Source: a virus
Lineage: Duplodnaviria; Heunggongvirae; Uroviricota; Caudoviricetes
Length of the DNA: 10,853 nt
Direction: 5' to 3' (one strand)
Virus record (IMG/VR): IMGVR_UViG_2695420478_000001
The notes under the pieces are model-generated. The model was not told the DNA's origin. It searched no databases and saw only the letters and a program-made list of their open reading frames with translations. This document shows positions 1 to 7,298 of this stretch, piece after piece. The first letter of the stretch is position 1. Each line of letters begins with the position of its first letter. The translations under genes and the position numbers were made by a program.

Positions 1-122
1 GTCGCTGGTCGCTGGTCGCTGGTCGCTGGTCGCTGGTCGCTGGTCGCTGGTCGCTGGTCGCTGGTCGCTGGTCGCTGGTCGCTGGTCGCTGGTCGCTGGT
101 CGCTGGTCGCTGGTCGCTGGTC
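1..122. repeat. Perfect heptanucleotide tandem repeat (GTCGCTG)n, 17 full copies plus a partial one; truncated by the window edge
   Basis: Direct reading: the unit gtcgctg repeats without a mismatch from 1 to 119, then gtc before diverging. The array may continue to the left of the window. Confidence 0.95.
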
Positions 123-131
123 TGGCAGCAT
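1..131 (-). CDS. Putative 5' end of a minus-strand gene: ATG at 131..129, then MLPD followed by (QRPATSD)n encoded by the heptamer repeat; partial, continues beyond the window
   Basis: Minus-strand sequence aaaAGGAtgattttATG places an AGGA ribosome-binding site 7 nt upstream of the ATG. The repeat has no stop codon in any frame on either strand. Orientation matches the surrounding operon. The gene body is not visible. Confidence 0.3.
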   Translation of the reverse strand, partial: MLPDQRPATSDQRPATSDQRPATSDQRPATSDQRPATSDQRPA

Positions 132-305
132 AAAATCATCCTTTTATGAAAATCAACGTTTTTTGAGCACTCGCACACAAAAAATTACCGCATTGGTTGC
201 AACGACAACCTTCATTTTGCGGAGCATATGACAAATAAAGTACGGGTGCGTTGAGGATGCCAGACACATCAGAGGTGGCGGGAGATTACTCCCCTGCCTG
301 GTCTC

Positions 306-461
306 TTACTTCTCAGATTCGTAGTCTACGAAGACAGCGACCTCCGTCTGGCCGGTTCGGATTCGTACCTCGCAGAAGTCTTTCCTCGTTACCAGTGCTA
401 TCACTACGACGGTAATACAGATGACGATCAGGGCGATTAACATCGCCTTTTGCTGCTTCAT
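306..461 (-). CDS. Hok/Gef-family type I toxin, 51 aa, HokD/RelF-like (MKQQKAMLIALIVICITVVVIALVTRKDFCEVRIRTGQTEVAVFVDYESEK)
   Basis: Manual translation of the minus strand from the ATG at 461 to the TAA at 308..306. GGAG ribosome-binding site upstream. N-terminal transmembrane helix plus the conserved RK.LCE..R....EVA motif typical of Hok/Gef toxins (recalled family features). Below the 60-aa cutoff of the ORF track. Confidence 0.85.
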   Translation of the reverse strand: MKQQKAMLIALIVICITVVVIALVTRKDFCEVRIRTGQTEVAVFVDYESEK

Positions 462-636
462 AGCCTACTTCTCCTTGCCTTTCGGCACGTAAGAGGCTAA
501 CCTAAGTTTGTAAGTCATAGATTTGGCCTCAGATTAATGTTAAGCGTCCTGCAAGACGCGTAATGTTAACTGGGGCTTTTCTCTGTCTGCCTTACGGCTG
601 CATGCCCGAGGCAGACAGCCTCAAGCACCCGCAGCT

Positions 637-664
637 ATTCTACAGTAAAAACTCGCGCTTTCAA
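637..664 (-). promoter_or_regulatory. Candidate sigma70 promoter TTGAAA-16 nt-TAGAAT reading leftward; the -35 overlaps the Q stop codon (pR'-like position, or the hok promoter)
   Basis: Minus-strand reading gggaaaTTGAAAgcgcgagtttttactgTAGAATagc. The position immediately downstream of Q is where lambdoid late promoters sit. Confidence 0.35.
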
Positions 665-1086
665 TTTCCCGCACGTCCGGCAAACTGACTGGCCTGTGAT
701 CCTGATGGTTCACGCTCAACGTACCTGTCCATTTCCAGCTTTACTCCCTGCATGATCAACATCCCCTCAATAACACCTTCTGCTTTTTGCAGTACCCGCC
801 CGGCCCAGCAATCAGAGCGCCCATGCTTACGGCCCAGTGACATAAGCGTCATCCCGAACACATAATAATCATACAGAAAATCATGCAAATCGCTGTTGTT
901 GACGTTCAGTTGCGCCATGCAATTGCTGATAATCAGCGCATCGTCATCGGTACACTGAGGCCGTGATTTAACCTTTGACGGGATCAGCCCCTTAAATCCG
1001 GCGGCAATGGGCGACCAGCTCACATCCTCATGATTATTGGCCACCCATGCGCCCCAGCGTTCAAGCACCTGCTGAATATCACGCAT
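661..1086 (-). CDS. Q: Late-gene antitermination protein Q (Q-family antiterminator, 933W/phage 21-like short form, about 141 aa)
   Basis: ORF 661..1170. Start chosen at the internal Met ([14 protein letters not shown]...) because its ATG overlaps the NinH stop (GATGCGTGA). Size and sequence resemble short Q proteins. Last gene of the early-right operon, after ninG and ninH. Confidence 0.75.
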   Translation of the reverse strand: MRDIQQVLERWGAWVANNHEDVSWSPIAAGFKGLIPSKVKSRPQCTDDDALIISNCMAQLNVNNSDLHDFLYDYYVFGMTLMSLGRKHGRSDCWAGRVLQKAEGVIEGMLIMQGVKLEMDRYVEREPSGSQASQFAGRAGN

Positions 1087-1279
1087 CAGAGTCTTTCCCC
1101 TTATCCCATCCACGGTGAACCATAAGGACACCGTTGACGACGGCGTGCCGTTTGCCTTCTTTATCGCCAATATATTTTCTGACCGTGTTGCGACTACAGT
1201 TCAGTATTCTGGCTACCTCGGTCTGATTTTCATATGCCTCAACGAGCATGTCAGGAATGGTTTTTACTGTGAACGTCAT
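1079..1279 (-). CDS. ninH: NinH (small Fis-like helix-turn-helix DNA-binding protein), 66 aa
   Basis: [26 protein letters not shown]...RKYI... closely resembles lambda NinH as I recall it. Position between ninG and Q as in lambda. ATGA overlap with the ninG stop. Confidence 0.85.
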   Translation of the reverse strand: MTFTVKTIPDMLVEAYENQTEVARILNCSRNTVRKYIGDKEGKRHAVVNGVLMVHRGWDKGKDSDA

Positions 1280-1881
1280 GCGGCCTCACTTCTGCTGTTT
1301 CGCAGGTCTTTGAGTTTCTGTTGGTACTCTGCCTTGATGGCCCTGCACTCTTCGACAGTCCAGCGATGGCGGTTATGGTTTGATTCGATTTCGTCTACTG
1401 CTTCCTGCCCGATGCGGTTAATCAGTTCGACGCGATACGGAACGAGATTTCCGCTTTTGTGCTGGTTGCACACCACGCATTGCTTGTGAATATTGCGTTC
1501 ATCAAATCGGAGTTGAGGCGCCGCAGCAGTTGTCCGGTAATGTCCGGCATCCCACTGAGCAGACGTGAGCGTTCCGCACGAGATACATGGTAAGTCGCGG
1601 TCTCTTTCTCTGATGAAGGCGTTTACGGCTTGTTGGGCTTGTTTAATCCAGTAACTGCGGGGCTTTAAGGCGAGTTTTCGAATCTTAATTTTATCTTTCT
1701 GTTTCTGCTCCTCTCGTCGTCGTTTCTTCTCTGCTGTTTTTTCCGCCTTTTCGCGTTCTTTATTTCGTCGTTCGAGCGCTAATTTAGTTCCGTGTTCCGG
1801 GCTGCACCACCACTGATTTGAGAATGCCGGGTGAAACCATTCCTTACAGATTTTGCATTTCCTTCGCGCTGGTTTAGCCAT
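1276..1881 (-). CDS. ninG: NinG / Rap recombination protein (structure-specific endonuclease), 201 aa
   Basis: Cysteine-rich N-terminus (CKICKEW...CSPEHG), a basic K/R/E-rich linker and a C-terminal C..C/H motif typical of lambda NinG. Position upstream of ninH and Q. Confidence 0.9.
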   Translation of the reverse strand: MAKPARRKCKICKEWFHPAFSNQWWCSPEHGTKLALERRNKEREKAEKTAEKKRRREEQKQKDKIKIRKLALKPRSYWIKQAQQAVNAFIRERDRDLPCISCGTLTSAQWDAGHYRTTAAAPQLRFDERNIHKQCVVCNQHKSGNLVPYRVELINRIGQEAVDEIESNHNRHRWTVEECRAIKAEYQQKLKDLRNSRSEAA

Positions 1882-2609
1882 TAAGCAGCCTCCCCTGTTA
1901 CTTTAAGCATTCCGTTATCTAGCAGCTTTCTTGTCAGCCACTGTTGACCACGCCCGGTGATTTTTGTGGTGAACGATATCTGTATTCCGTGATTTGTGTT
2001 GACCGCTGTTTCTTTCACTGTGAAATAGCCACGATCCATATATTCCTGCATTGGCACATTGCGCCGGGAGCCTGAAGCAATAAGGATTTTGTGATCGCGC
2101 ATCCACGCAAACAGTTTGTTTGGACCAATACCAACAACCTTTGCAAAGTTTCCAATCAAAATTCCGCTGGACTCGCCAACGCGATCGGCAAACTCAACTT
2201 TAGGTGCTGCGAGAGCAAGCTGTTTCTCCAGTTCAGCCTTCTGGTCTTCAAGGTCGGCCGCAAGGCGCAATGCCTCAGAAAAGGTTTGTGGTATTTTCGC
2301 GGTTGCCCCTTCGAGTTCTCGCCAGCGGTCAACAAGGCGAGCGGTGAATTCCGGCGACAACTGGGCAACGACAATAATGCTGTCGCGCTTACCTTGTTCG
2401 CCCTCAAAAACGTAAGCCTCTACGCCACGAAGTAATCCTAAGTTATTGATTTTTTCGAAAACCACCATTGGGGGATTTCGGATCACACCTCGAACCGCCA
2501 GTCGTTCAATGGATTGTTTCACCTTGTCATGACGACTTCCCACCAACTCAGCGATTTCAATGCTTGTCATTTTGATGGCATTGCTATTTATCAGCTCATT
2601 CATTGTCAT
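1881..2609 (-). CDS. Phage antirepressor / regulatory protein: N-terminal Rha-type domain plus C-terminal ANT (KilAC) domain, 242 aa
   Basis: N-terminus ...[22 protein letters not shown]... (Rha-like). C-terminus ...[39 protein letters not shown]... (ANT-like). Stop overlaps the ninG start (TAATG). Confidence 0.75.
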   Translation of the reverse strand: MTMNELINSNAIKMTSIEIAELVGSRHDKVKQSIERLAVRGVIRNPPMVVFEKINNLGLLRGVEAYVFEGEQGKRDSIIVVAQLSPEFTARLVDRWRELEGATAKIPQTFSEALRLAADLEDQKAELEKQLALAAPKVEFADRVGESSGILIGNFAKVVGIGPNKLFAWMRDHKILIASGSRRNVPMQEYMDRGYFTVKETAVNTNHGIQISFTTKITGRGQQWLTRKLLDNGMLKVTGEAA

Positions 2610-2635
2610 GTCCTCTCACATTGAAAATTCAGTAA

Positions 2636-2664
2636 TAAAAAACCCAGCCGAAGCTGGGTTTGTT
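2636..2664 (-). terminator. Intrinsic terminator between roi-like and ant genes (hairpin cccagc-cgaa-gctggg followed by a 7-T run on the minus strand)
   Basis: Minus-strand transcript reads aacaaacccagcttcggctgggttttttatt, a GC stem followed by a U-run. Confidence 0.6.
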
Positions 2665-2677
2665 AAGTTGTCAATTG

Positions 2678-3355
2678 TCAGTAGCGATGCAGTGAAGGCG
2701 GCAACTCTTTGTTCTTAAGCCTTACCCATGCGGAAAGGTTCGTTGGTCCGTCTGGCTCATTAATATCAACATCTCGTGTGTGGTTGATTAAAACATCTCT
2801 CGCCATTCCGATAACATACGAAAACTCATGACCGTAGTCGTAGCATCTGCCGGAATAGTTCGATTGAATTTGTTTTAGCGCCGGATACAGTTCGCGGAAT
2901 AATGCCTGTGAGCGGTTAGCATAATCCCATAACCATACAAGGCTGTTTGCTTCTTTTGCGGAAAGCTCGTTGGTGCTCTTCTCTTGTTTGCCAGTATTTT
3001 TCTTGCACTGGCTGAAATAGCAGTCTTCCAGTTTTTCGAACACATCCCACGCCTGATCGGTTTCGAGCATTTTGGCGTGACGGGCTGCTCCGCGTTCTGT
3101 CCAGAGGATGAGGGAGCGGGCATTTTTACCAACTAACCCGATTGTTTCGGGTCTGTTCTTAAACTCGCGTAATTCGTTTTTTTCAATTTTAAAGTAATGC
3201 TTTCCGGGCATGAATCGCGTCGTGTTGTTCAGAAAGTTATCAGAAATGTTTTTGATTTTTGTTCCGTAAAGGTGAGCCAACAGTTCAGTAGTAATTACGG
3301 GGATCTGGTTATAGGTAACAGGGGAAAGGTTTTCGACAGAAATTTGAACAGCCAT
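2678..3355 (-). CDS. Roi-like DNA-binding protein with N-terminal ORF6N domain, 225 aa
   Basis: ...[23 protein letters not shown]...[17 protein letters not shown]...[33 protein letters not shown] matches the ORF6N pattern found in HK022 Roi-type proteins (recalled). GAGG ribosome-binding site 5 nt upstream of the ATG at 3355. Confidence 0.7.
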   Translation of the reverse strand: MAVQISVENLSPVTYNQIPVITTELLAHLYGTKIKNISDNFLNNTTRFMPGKHYFKIEKNELREFKNRPETIGLVGKNARSLILWTERGAARHAKMLETDQAWDVFEKLEDCYFSQCKKNTGKQEKSTNELSAKEANSLVWLWDYANRSQALFRELYPALKQIQSNYSGRCYDYGHEFSYVIGMARDVLINHTRDVDINEPDGPTNLSAWVRLKNKELPPSLHRY

Positions 3356-3518
3356 AATGACCTCGCGTTTCGATAATTTTTACCTCGCCACCGTCAGGTG
3401 CTAATCATCGTGGTGGCGAACTGTGCGGGGTTAGCACTACCGGTCGAAACATCCGGCGAGCCTTTCGGCTCCCCCACACAGCCCGCCATAAATCGCGAAT
3501 GTGACTGTGCTTAGCGCA

Positions 3519-3541
3519 TAAAAAAACCGCCAGCGCGGTTA
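3519..3541 (-). terminator. Intrinsic terminator in the nin intergenic gap (stem aaccgc/gcggtt, loop gctg, 7-T run on the minus strand)
   Basis: Minus-strand transcript reads ...aaccgcgctggcggtttttttatgc. Lies in a 275-bp stretch with no ORF of 60 aa or more. Confidence 0.5.
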
Positions 3542-3630
3542 TGCACCGTTTCGATATCCGGGGTGCTAATCCCGACGCCAGATTTTGCTGGCGCGTGAGG
3601 AATATAGCCCCGAATAAATCATCGCGTCAA

Positions 3631-3813
3631 TCACCTTGTTTTCCTCGCACGATGTCTTAGCCACCGGATATCCCACAGGTGAGCCGTGTAGTTGAAGGTT
3701 TTTACGTCAGATTCTTTTGGGATTGGCTTGCGTTTATTTCTGGAGCGTTTCGTTGGAAGGTATTTGCAGTTTTCGCAGATGATGTCGGTGATACTTCTTC
3801 GCTGTCGCCTCAT
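3631..3813 (-). CDS. ninE: NinE, 60 aa
   Basis: Internal start [52 protein letters not shown]... matches lambda NinE as recalled. Its ATG overlaps the stop of the upstream methyltransferase gene (ATGA). Confidence 0.8.
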   Translation of the reverse strand: MRRQRRSITDIICENCKYLPTKRSRNKRKPIPKESDVKTFNYTAHLWDIRWLRHRARKTR

Positions 3814-4337
3814 GCCGCCATCCTGACGCCCTGCCCGATCGCCATCAATGCCGCTTTGGATACAGTAGTAAACATTCGTCGAGGACTGATGAACGGTCGC
3901 CAAATCAGCAGCATGGAGCCTTTGCTGTTTCCCTTCTTCTCCAGCCCTGTCGATGGTTCGATAAAATTAATCCGTCCATCAGTGATAATGCGAACTTCGT
4001 CGACACTCTCCAGAGCCTTGCTGAACCATCCGACTGACATATCCTCTGGCACAAGCATCACTACCGTCTGTCGCTGTTGTATGCACTGCTCAGCGGCTTT
4101 TTCCACCCACGGCCTGATATTGCTGTACGGTGGGTTATTCCAGATTGCACCGTGGCTTATCCACTCAGAATTTAGCGCGTCGTCGGCCTCAGTTAGCCAG
4201 TGAGCGCACAGAGCATTTTTGTCGCTCGCAGCTGAATCCAGCCAGAATCCAAACTCAATATCCAGTGCATCAAAAAGCCAAAGCGGCGTTTGCCAGCAGT
4301 CCTTGTCGTGTGATGGCGTATTTGATTTGATAGTCAT
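3810..4337 (-). CDS. Phage orphan DNA N6-adenine methyltransferase (Dam-like, NPPY motif), about 175 aa
   Basis: Contains ...[14 protein letters not shown]... and the catalytic NPPY tetrapeptide ([10 protein letters not shown]). No restriction endonuclease partner in the window. Start chosen at the Met whose ATG overlaps the ninB stop. Confidence 0.85.
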   Translation of the reverse strand: MTIKSNTPSHDKDCWQTPLWLFDALDIEFGFWLDSAASDKNALCAHWLTEADDALNSEWISHGAIWNNPPYSNIRPWVEKAAEQCIQQRQTVVMLVPEDMSVGWFSKALESVDEVRIITDGRINFIEPSTGLEKKGNSKGSMLLIWRPFISPRRMFTTVSKAALMAIGQGVRMAA

Positions 4338-4780
4338 GCAGCTCTCCCTTTTCGTTGTGACCATTCATACTCTCGCCAGGAGTCATCACTCCACCGCACG
4401 TTGCGCTCTGAGCCGAACCAGAACATGATTTCGATAAGCTCAGTCATGCTGGCCTTCCGCATTTTGCTGGTACGCACGCCAAGCATGACAACGCCACCGT
4501 CGATACCAGGCACACTTCGTTGCTCCAGTTTTTTGGTCTTAAGCCACAGGGCAGTGAACAGGTCTTTCCAGTCTTCCGGCGCCAGCCGTTGACCATGCCA
4601 TAGCACCTGACGCGAAACATCGTTCAGCATCGGCCACATACGGTCATTCTGCGCTTTGCTGCGCTTGGGTTCTTTAACGTGGACTTCGTGGGGTGACTTG
4701 TCGTCGATGGGTAGTGAGAGAATGGCGTCTATGGCGTTATTTCTGATTGCTTCGTTGCGAAGCAGAAAGGTTTGCTTCAT
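4334..4780 (-). CDS. ninB: NinB (Orf-family recombination mediator), about 148 aa
   Basis: ...NDRMWPMLNDVSRQVLWHGQRL...WKDLFTALWLK...GVRTSKMRKASMTELIEIMFWFGSERNVRWSDD... parallels lambda NinB along its length (recalled). Start at MKQTF..., by analogy with lambda. Confidence 0.85.
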   Translation of the reverse strand: MKQTFLLRNEAIRNNAIDAILSLPIDDKSPHEVHVKEPKRSKAQNDRMWPMLNDVSRQVLWHGQRLAPEDWKDLFTALWLKTKKLEQRSVPGIDGGVVMLGVRTSKMRKASMTELIEIMFWFGSERNVRWSDDSWREYEWSQRKGRAA

Positions 4781-4973
4781 CTCCTGCTCTCCGGTTCCAT
4801 TTTTCAGCCGCCGCAGCAACTGATGGTGCCCATGCCCCCCTGGCTTCACAGAGGTCACATTCTGCATAGCCCCACACATCAATATTTATTCCGGCCTCAA
4901 CCCACAGACGAGCATTACCGCCGCAAAACGGACATTCTTTTAGCTTTGGCTGGGTTAATGATAGGTCGCTCAT
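4737..4973 (-). CDS. Lar-family restriction alleviation protein, 78 aa
   Basis: Internal start MSDLSLTQPKLKECPFCGG...CDLCEARG...AAAAEKWNRRA carries the CPFCGG, C..C and WNRRA signatures of the Lar family. GGAG ribosome-binding site 6 nt upstream of the ATG at 4973. The 3' end overlaps the ninB start by about 44 nt. Confidence 0.6.
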   Translation of the reverse strand: MSDLSLTQPKLKECPFCGGNARLWVEAGINIDVWGYAECDLCEARGAWAPSVAAAAEKWNRRAGDEANLSASQRSNQK

Positions 4974-4983
4974 GCTCACTCCT

Positions 4984-5199
4984 TCACTTAAAATCCAGAC
5001 TCCGGATAATTCTGTTGCGCTGAAACTCATTGTTGAGTTTGAACAACCGTCGAAGAACACGGTCACGCGGATAGCGTCGTGCGGCAGGTGAATGCTCATA
5101 CAACTCATCAAGCGGCAAACTGGACGATGAACGATACCGATACCAACGCACCAACTCTTCACGAAAATTAGCCCTGACAAGCTCAGCTATCGTACTCAT
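4984..5199 (-). CDS. Hypothetical protein, 71 aa, first gene after the tR2-like terminator
   Basis: ORF preceded by a GGAGG ribosome-binding site 9 nt upstream. Tightly packed against the lar-like gene (10-nt gap). No family recognised. Confidence 0.45.
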   Translation of the reverse strand: MSTIAELVRANFREELVRWYRYRSSSSLPLDELYEHSPAARRYPRDRVLRRLFKLNNEFQRNRIIRSLDFK

Positions 5200-5228
5200 T
5201 TCTTAAAGCCTCCAATTACTCTTCCTCA

Positions 5229-5259
5229 AATAAAAAGGCCTGCGATTACCAGCAGGCCT
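5229..5259 (-). terminator. Intrinsic terminator downstream of ren (tR2-like): stem ggcctgc/gcaggcc followed by ttttta ttt on the minus strand
   Basis: Minus-strand transcript reads ...aggcctgctggtaatcgcaggcctttttatttgagg. Its position between ren and the nin genes corresponds to lambda tR2. Confidence 0.6.
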
Positions 5260-5284
5260 GTTACAAGCTCAGTGATGTAGATGG

Positions 5285-5575
5285 TCATCTTTTAACTCCA
5301 TATACCGCCAATACCCGTTTCATCGCGGCACTCTGGCGACACTCCTTAAAAATCAGGTTCGTGCTCACCTTTCCTTCCCGTTCTTCCCTGGTAGCAAACC
5401 GGTAATACACCGTTCGCCAGACCTTACCATCAATGACAAGGATTCCTGCCCGCGCCATTTTAGCCGCGGCCTGATTTATACTGGTTACGGTTGCGCCTGT
5501 TAGCGCGGCAACGTCCGGCGCACAGAAGCTATTATGCGTCCCCAGGTAATGAATAATTGCCTCTTTGCCCGTCAT
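5285..5575 (-). CDS. ren: Ren protein (lambda-like), 96 aa
   Basis: MTGKEAIIHYLGTHNSFCAPDVAALTGATVTSINQAAAKMARAG... is near-identical to lambda Ren as I recall it. Same length and same position after P. Confidence 0.9.
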   Translation of the reverse strand: MTGKEAIIHYLGTHNSFCAPDVAALTGATVTSINQAAAKMARAGILVIDGKVWRTVYYRFATREEREGKVSTNLIFKECRQSAAMKRVLAVYGVKR

Positions 5576-6273
5576 ACACTTGCTCCTTTCAGTCCGAACT
5601 TAGCTTTAATTTCTGCGATCTTCGCCAGAGCCTGAACATGATTTAGAGGTCTGCCGCCCATGACAGGAAGTTGTTTTACTGGTTCAGGAATCACCTCACC
5701 ACGGTTAATTCTCGCAGTCATATGGACAAGCTCATCTGCGGCCTTGCGCCGTAATTCCGCGTCAGTCAGTGCATTGGCCCGCATGTTCTGGTACAGGTTG
5801 GTAACCAGCCAGTAGTGCGCGTTCGATTTCCACGGATAAGACTCTGCATCCGGATACAGGCCTCGCTTCCGGCAATACTCGTAAACCATATCAACCAGCT
5901 CGCTGACGTTTGGCAGTCCGGCGATAACGGATGCTTCTTCCCGGCACCATGCAACAAACTGCCCGGGTGATGGAAGAAATGGTCGATTCTGCCGACGGGC
6001 TACGCGCATTCCTGCGTTAACCTGTTCCATCGAGGTGATCCCGTTTTCCCGGAAAGCCAGAACCCACTGGCGGCGGATTTCATTCAGTTCGTTCTGGTCC
6101 CGGTTAGCCAGACTCGCCGGGAAAGTTGCCAGTAACTGGCTGAACACACCGTTGATGATCTGCGCTACCTGTTGTACCTGCGGCTTTTCGTCGTACTGTT
6201 CCGGCATGTTGTTGGTGATCCGACGCATCTGCTCACGGTCAAAGTTAACCATCTGTGCGGCGATGTTTTTCAT
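5572..6273 (-). CDS. P: Replication protein P (DnaB helicase loader), 233 aa, lambda-type
   Basis: MKNIAAQMVNFDREQMRRITNNMPEQYDEKPQVQQVAQIINGVFSQLL... matches lambda P in sequence and length (233 aa). Overlaps the O stop and the ren start. Confidence 0.95.
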   Translation of the reverse strand: MKNIAAQMVNFDREQMRRITNNMPEQYDEKPQVQQVAQIINGVFSQLLATFPASLANRDQNELNEIRRQWVLAFRENGITSMEQVNAGMRVARRQNRPFLPSPGQFVAWCREEASVIAGLPNVSELVDMVYEYCRKRGLYPDAESYPWKSNAHYWLVTNLYQNMRANALTDAELRRKAADELVHMTARINRGEVIPEPVKQLPVMGGRPLNHVQALAKIAEIKAKFGLKGASV

Positions 6274-7208
6274 AAATCCACCCCGTAAATCCAGTCAGTG
6301 TTTGTCAGGTCGAGTTTTGGTTTTCCAGCTGTCACGCCAGCCTGTTGCTTGTTACGGTTGATTTCGAGTTGGGTCCACTTGTCGCGGAGTTTGGCCGGAC
6401 TTAGCACGTTACCGGACCAGAAGTTGTCCTGGCATGCCCAGCGGAACAGCACGCACATGTCGCGGTGGTTACGTCCGTCACGTTCACGCATCAGGCGGAT
6501 ATCGTTAGCCCACCCTGCAAAATTCGGTTTTCTGGCTGATGGTGCGATGGTCTTCACCATGTCAAACATCCACTCTGCGGCGGTCAGGTCTTCTGCTGTT
6601 CCCCACTTGCTGCCGCTCTGAATTGCAGCATCCGGTTTAACCACAGAAAGATCGTTTTCTGGCTGGTCAGAGGATTCGCCAGAATTCTCGGACGAATAAT
6701 CTTTTCTTTTTTCTTTTGTAATAGTGTCTTTTGTGTCCCCCTGTTTTGAGGGATAGCAATCCCCTAATTTGAGGGATGTTTTATCCCTCGTTTTAGGGGA
6801 TTTTCCCTCGTTTTGAGGGATGTCCCTCATTTTAGGGGAACTTCCCTCGTTTTGAGGGATGCACCATTCTGAGATGTTTTTATTTGGTCCAAACATGCCG
6901 CCTTGCTGCTTGATAATATTCATTCTGACGAGTTCTAACTTGGCTTCATTGCACCGTTTGACAGGTAACTTTGTAATCTCGCTAAGTTGAGAATCGGTGA
7001 TTCTGTCCATTGGTTTATTCCACCCATAGGTTTTACGCAGAATGGCAAGCAGCACTTTAAACTGTCGCTTGGTCAGATCTGCGCCTGAATAAGCCTCAAT
7101 CAGCATATTTGATAGTCTGGCGTAACCATCATCGAGATCTGCCACATTACGCTCCTGTCCGGCAAAGTTACTTCTGCCGAAGTTGAGTATTTTTGCTGTA
7201 TTTGTCAT
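6270..7208 (-). CDS. O: Replication initiator O, 312 aa, lambda-type, with the origin embedded in its coding sequence
   Basis: MTNTAKILNFGRSNFAGQERNVADLDDGYARLSNMLIEAYSGADLTKRQFKVLLAILRKTYGWNKP... matches lambda O. The iteron array and AT-rich tract lie inside the gene. Confidence 0.95.
   Translation of the reverse strand: MTNTAKILNFGRSNFAGQERNVADLDDGYARLSNMLIEAYSGADLTKRQFKVLLAILRKTYGWNKPMDRITDSQLSEITKLPVKRCNEAKLELVRMNIIKQQGGMFGPNKNISEWCIPQNEGSSPKMRDIPQNEGKSPKTRDKTSLKLGDCYPSKQGDTKDTITKEKRKDYSSENSGESSDQPENDLSVVKPDAAIQSGSKWGTAEDLTAAEWMFDMVKTIAPSARKPNFAGWANDIRLMRERDGRNHRDMCVLFRWACQDNFWSGNVLSPAKLRDKWTQLEINRNKQQAGVTAGKPKLDLTNTDWIYGVDL
6690..6862. repeat. Replication origin (ori-lambda type): six iterons of about 19 bp (6736-6860, TCCCTC-N-GAGGGA dyads spaced about 20-23 bp apart) plus an adjacent AT-rich tract (6690-6735)
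   Basis: Six iterons read directly, starting near 6736, 6759, 6783, 6803, 6823 and 6842. The AT-rich tract is cttttcttttttcttttgtaatagtgtcttttgtg. Confidence 0.9.
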
Positions 7209-7218
7209 AATGACTCCT

Positions 7219-7298
7219 GTTGATAGATCCAGTAGTGACCTCAGAATTCCATCTGGATTTGTTCAGAACGCTCGGTCTTGCACACCGGGCGTTTTTTA
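7219..7298 (+). ncRNA. oop: oop antisense RNA (about 80 nt) with its intrinsic terminator; antisense to the 3' end of cII
   Basis: gttgatagatccagta...ctggatttgttcagaacgctcgg...ccgggcgttttttatt closely matches lambda oop RNA as recalled. Candidate promoter TTGAGT-17 nt-CATAAT at 7183-7211. Confidence 0.75.

Noticed and set aside
1-122. Tandem repeat as a possible CRISPR array
   Set aside because: The units are 7 bp and directly abutting, with no spacers. This is a microsatellite, not CRISPR.
351-368. GGTTCGGATTC, resembling a tRNA T-loop
   Set aside because: It lies inside the hok coding sequence and has no surrounding cloverleaf (no acceptor or anticodon stems). Coincidental.
1-660. Shiga toxin or tRNA genes downstream of Q (expected in Stx phages)
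   Set aside because: Not present in the visible 660 bp, which holds hok and the repeat. The Q type and six-iteron origin are suggestive of an Stx-phage-like lineage but do not by themselves show a toxin-converting phage.
661-1170. Extended N-termini of Q (169 aa), the methyltransferase (184 aa), NinB (182 aa) and cro (85 aa) as given by the ORF track
   Set aside because: The longer forms begin inside the upstream genes. Internal Met codons coincide with ATGA/TAATG-type coupling to the upstream stop and give lengths matching known homologues, so the shorter starts were chosen.
1115-1489. Plus-strand ORF (124 aa) antisense to Q, ninH and ninG
   Set aside because: Fully embedded antisense in well-supported minus-strand genes, with no ribosome-binding site or family resemblance. 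Typical shadow ORF. The same applies to the plus-strand ORFs 2091..2435, 2116..2415, 3679..4203, 4130..4330, 4219..4428, 4401..4592, 4772..5023, 6035..6361 and 6298..6621.
1915-2106. Minus-strand alternative-frame ORFs inside called genes (1915..2106, 2156..2407, 2875..3132, 5766..5957, 7168..7386)
   Set aside because: They overlap longer ORFs that have clear homology in another frame. No independent support.
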